A DNA stretch of 63,107 bases, counting the filler, from Craspedostauros australis (lineage: Eukaryota): the NCBI GenBank assembly GCA_030167865.1. It is 9 parts of 9 records of this genome, joined end to end, with 100 filler letters (N's around TTAATTAATTAA, not from the genome) between each part and the next. Parts side by side here need not be neighbours in the genome. Positions count along the whole stretch, not along the records: positions 56,075 to 61,603 come from JALAGF010002197.1; positions 61,704 to 63,107 come from JALAGF010002198.1; 7 more parts are not named here. The stretch is one strand, 5' to 3'. Below the pieces are notes generated by a model. It ran no database searches and was not told the origin of the DNA. It saw only the letters and a program-made list of their open reading frames with translations. The position numbers and the translations under genes are program-made. Each line of letters opens with the position of its first letter. Within the stretch, counting starts at the first letter, position 1. Positions 59,792-63,107 of this stretch are shown in pieces.

Positions 59792-61703
59792 GTGTGAGGC
59801 ATCTGGTGCGGACTACAGTACGGCTCGCGTACGAGCTCCACATCGAAGCGATCGAGCCCGTGGACAGGATATCGGCACCCGAATCGGAGTGGAGTTGCGA
59901 AGCCCTTTCCGAGACGCGCTGCTCGCAAACCAGCCCAGCCAACAACAAAGAGTGTGGCAGAATTACATTTTATGCAGCTGTTCTCACTGTGCTCACATGG
60001 TAGAGGACCACTCAGCAGACGAAGTCGGAGCACAGAGCAGAGCGCCGTCCATGTGTGTGCGCAATGTGTGTTACTACTCGGATGTAACGCACAACGAGCA
60101 GAGCGCCATACTTACTCTAGAATACACGCATAATAGAATAGTTTGTAAGAGTTACATTTACAGCGATGGCTCCCCTCGGTACCTCGCGTCTTCCTAGAAA
60201 CGCTGCGTGAGACACGAACGAAGATACTCTTGGCACATCGTGAACAGGTCGTGTAACCTCGCAGAGTTCTCCATAGTATGTATGTATTGTATTACTGTGC
60301 AACAAAAACAAGACTTTGATGCGCACATGGCGAACACGCACTGGAGCGACAGACTGGCCCAGCCACGAGTGGAGCAGGCGGCAACGGAGAGAGTCACTGT
60401 GACTGGCACGATGATGGCGACGATCACGATCACGATCGCAGGAATGACTGGCCAAGTGGTGGGCTTTGCGAGATGGTGCAGCGGCCACGCGAAAAAGAAA
60501 TGAGGAGAAGTTCGTCCTTTTGGAAGAGTTCTTCCGCGGCGGGAGCGATGAGTGCTTGTTCTGTACCCAAGGTCGGATCCAAACGCGCGGCGAGCAGAAA
60601 TGCAAATAGCACTCATGTCCATTCTGGCTCTTCATGTTTGGCCTCAGAGAGGTTGGCAAGGGAAAGAGCGTATCCACATAGTGTCACATGAAGGTATGCT
60701 CGCAAAGACAAGGCAAAGACTCACGGATACAAGTACGAGGACAACGGCGAGAGCACACTTTGCGGAGATTCGTGTTTGGATTGGATTGGTGCCCATTGGT
60801 GGCCAGGGAGTGTCATGCTTCAGCAGATCCATCACACTCGAACCAACTTTGAGATTAGATTAGTTCTTTTACACGTGATGCAAAATGAGCGAGCTGCGTT
60901 CAGACATGATTCGTCCCGACTGCTCTACCATGTGATGGTAAAGCTCAAGAGGGACGCATAGCTATCATACCTATGTGCATCTGGTGGAAGCGCATCGATC
61001 CTATATAAGGCTCTATTGTGATAGCAGTAATATTCATTCTCTCTGTTCATAGATTGAAAGCGGGAGCGACTACTCCGTTCATGTCCATATCATCCGTACC
61101 ATACATATGTAACTCGTACGAACACAACTCCTACTCCTGCTCTTGTCCCCATCGAGCGCAGAAAACCGGGCCGTCTCTGTCCACAAGGATCTCTTTGTGG
61201 GTATGTTGCCACACCATGCTCTGCTTCGTTCTCTCTGGGTACGGAGAGTGTCAATGCTGAACGCTGGGCTCACGAGGTAACCATCAGCACGTATCACTGA
61301 TGGCAACGCATTCTGAACACAGCCGAATCATCCACGAGACCATGACAGACAAACTGAACTCCGTCCCTCCAGCACAGTCATGGGCAGTGTTGGGCGTTCC
61401 AGGAACACCCAACAATTTGTCCAGAATAAAGTGAAAAAAGCCAGTTTGAGTCTTACAGGACACGAATTAGAGATAAGTATTTTTTGCCACAGAAAGTTAC
61501 AGATTCTGTAGGACGTGAACATTGAAGTAAGAACTTGCATCTAACGGACTATGTAGGACATATACGGACAGACTCGACCCATTCGGACACGTACGGACAA
61601 ATCNNNNNNNNNNNNNNNNNNNNNNNNNNNNNNNNNNNNNNNNNNNNTTAATTAATTAANNNNNNNNNNNNNNNNNNNNNNNNNNNNNNNNNNNNNNNNN
61701 NNN

Positions 61704-62365
61704 ACGTCCTCGTTTAGGTCTACACCTATCACAATCGAATCCCCGTCTCCTTTCCACCTTCGCACTAGTTCTTGTAGGTCATGAATCCATGCCTCGTGGG
61801 GATCGACTTGTCGCCCCTGCGTACTCAGCACTCGCACCTGCTGGCTCCACACGGTGGTGTCACCTGCGGTGGATTTGCACGGTCTATATGCTGCCACCAC
61901 TCTCACAGTCTTGTGCCTTTTTCCTTCGATCTTGCACCAGGACCATCTCCCCATGCCACTCTCATCAACTCCGTACTGAAAGGTTCTTGCCGCCATCTGC
62001 TCTGTGAGAACAACGCCTGTCCCTCCGTACAGCCTTGGTTCGCGCCCTTGCTCGTGGATGTTGTACGAGAATATATGCTTGGATCGTTTGACTTTACCGC
62101 GCACTCGTTCTTCCCATTGATCATGGGGACGCACGTGGTTCCATCTCAAGTTTGTCTCCGCCATCGCTAGCACATCGAGTTTCGACCGTCGGATGAAGTC
62201 TATGATTTCCTCATTCTTCTGTTGATATGCATATAGAGGGATCTGTGCCACGTTCTGAAATACGACTCTGACTTCATTATCCGTCTTCGAGTCCATCACA
62301 TCGCCGCAAGCATCGTTTAGTCTACTTGCCTCCTCCTCTGCCGGGTTCCCGGCTTGGTTACTCAT
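61704..62365 (-). CDS. AP-endonuclease domain of LINE ORF2 (truncated by gap)
   Basis: VRVVFQNV, DVLAMAETN, GGTG, DESGMGRWSW, VVAAYRPC, VWSQQ, IVIGVDLNE. Confidence 0.88.
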
Positions 62366-62485
62366 GTTATCGGTGTCTCAGCTCCTTCCGTTGCTGGCGT
62401 GTCGATGAGTTCTGCCTTTTGGCTCGCTGCACGGGTTACGTATCGGTGACGTTATCCCTCTTGCTGCTATTATTGCCTCTGGCTT

Positions 62486-62493
62486 TTGTTGTT

Positions 62494-62561
<68 letters not shown>

Positions 62562-62708
62562 GATTATTATTGTTGTAATTCTTGTTGTTGTTGTGATTAT
62601 TATTGTTGTAATTCTTGTTGTTGTTGTGATTATTATTGTTGTAATTCTTGTTGTTGTAGTTCTTGTTGCTGTTGTAATTCTTGTTGTTGTAGTTCTTGTT
62701 GCTGTTGT
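62486..62708. repeat. Compound (GTT/AAC)n microsatellite with 33-bp higher-order repeats
   Basis: About 20 pure GTT units, then about 3x GTAATTCTTGTTGTTGTTGTGATTATTATTGTT and 2x GTAATTCTTGTTGTTGTAGTTCTTGTTGCTGTT. Confidence 0.92.
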
Positions 62709-63107
62709 CCTTTTTGTAGTCTCCTGTTATTGTTACCGTCTCCGTTCTCTGTTCTCTTGGGCCCTTTCTCCCGCTTTTTTTTTGTTGCTCGCCGGTATTG
62801 TTGATTTGGCTTTGGCACTCGCCGCCCCTTACGGCTGGACTTGGTGAGATGTCTCTCTCTCCCGTCTCGTCTCTATCCACCTTTCGTCCGGATTCCTGTT
62901 CGCTTGCCCGAATCCCTTTGGATCGACACCTGTTGCGCGTACCTGATCCACTGGCGTCGCTGGCAATTACGCCTGCACTGTGGCACCATCGCCACTGTCG
63001 GATTTCTCGGAACTGGTGTCCATATTGTCGATCGATTCGTCGACGGGTGGATCTTTTGTGTCCATCCCTTTGCTGCTTGAGCTATCCTCGTCCTCCTCGT
63101 CTTCCTC

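Larger units (their letters stand above)
56168..61603. mobile_element. Putative non-autonomous (Pack-type) TIR element enclosing a host gene; right end in gap
   Basis: The left end starts CACTG with many TGTCCG motifs; the right end has the inverse CGGACA motifs; 24-bp inverted repeat at 56571-56594 / 61399-61422 (23/24). Confidence 0.5.
61704..63107 (-). mobile_element. Ambal-like non-LTR retrotransposon: probable ORF1 end (stop 62967), spacer, ORF2 start
   Basis: An acidic ORF tail EEDEEDEDSSSS...VQA* enters from the window edge; the ORF2 AP endonuclease starts at ATG 62365. Confidence 0.8.

Noticed and set aside
62326..62847. Poly-Val plus-strand ORF
   Set aside because: A by-product of the GTT microsatellite.
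16907..63107. The two minus-strand LINE pieces as one giant element
   Set aside because: They are 44 kb apart with housekeeping genes between them; separate gap-truncated copies are simpler.

Overview
Eukaryotic, intron-containing draft scaffold, almost certainly from a diatom. Support: bipartite ASAFAP-type plastid presequences, CoDi-type Ty1/copia elements, Ambal-like non-LTR elements and DUF6824 genes. There are nine assembly gaps, eight carrying an artificial TTAATTAATTAA linker. The window has TE-rich flanks (about 3-18 kb and 55-63 kb) around a gene-dense core (about 19-53 kb). The core encodes a Nudix hydrolase, a KNL1/Spc7-like protein, AIM24, an SLC25 carrier, an inositol monophosphatase, a TBC Rab-GAP, a PIGBOS1-like microprotein, DUF4079, an RI-like LRR protein, Rpn13, a stand-alone STAND-type ATPase, ProRS, an MFS transporter and GT61. 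Most notable: (1) a complete young CoDi-type copia (6414-12809) with identical 175-bp LTRs, reversed 5'-CA...TG-3' termini, a 4-bp GCAA target duplication, no canonical tRNA PBS but a fold-back onto its own LTR, gag and pol in frame across a single UGA followed by a stem-loop, and a chromodomain-like module; (2) two CRAL-TRIO + DUF6824 fusion genes, one enclosed by inverted subterminal-type motifs like a Pack-type DNA transposon; (3) a secreted protein with RXL motifs that the ORF track missed. All family assignments come from motif recognition by eye, not from database searches.
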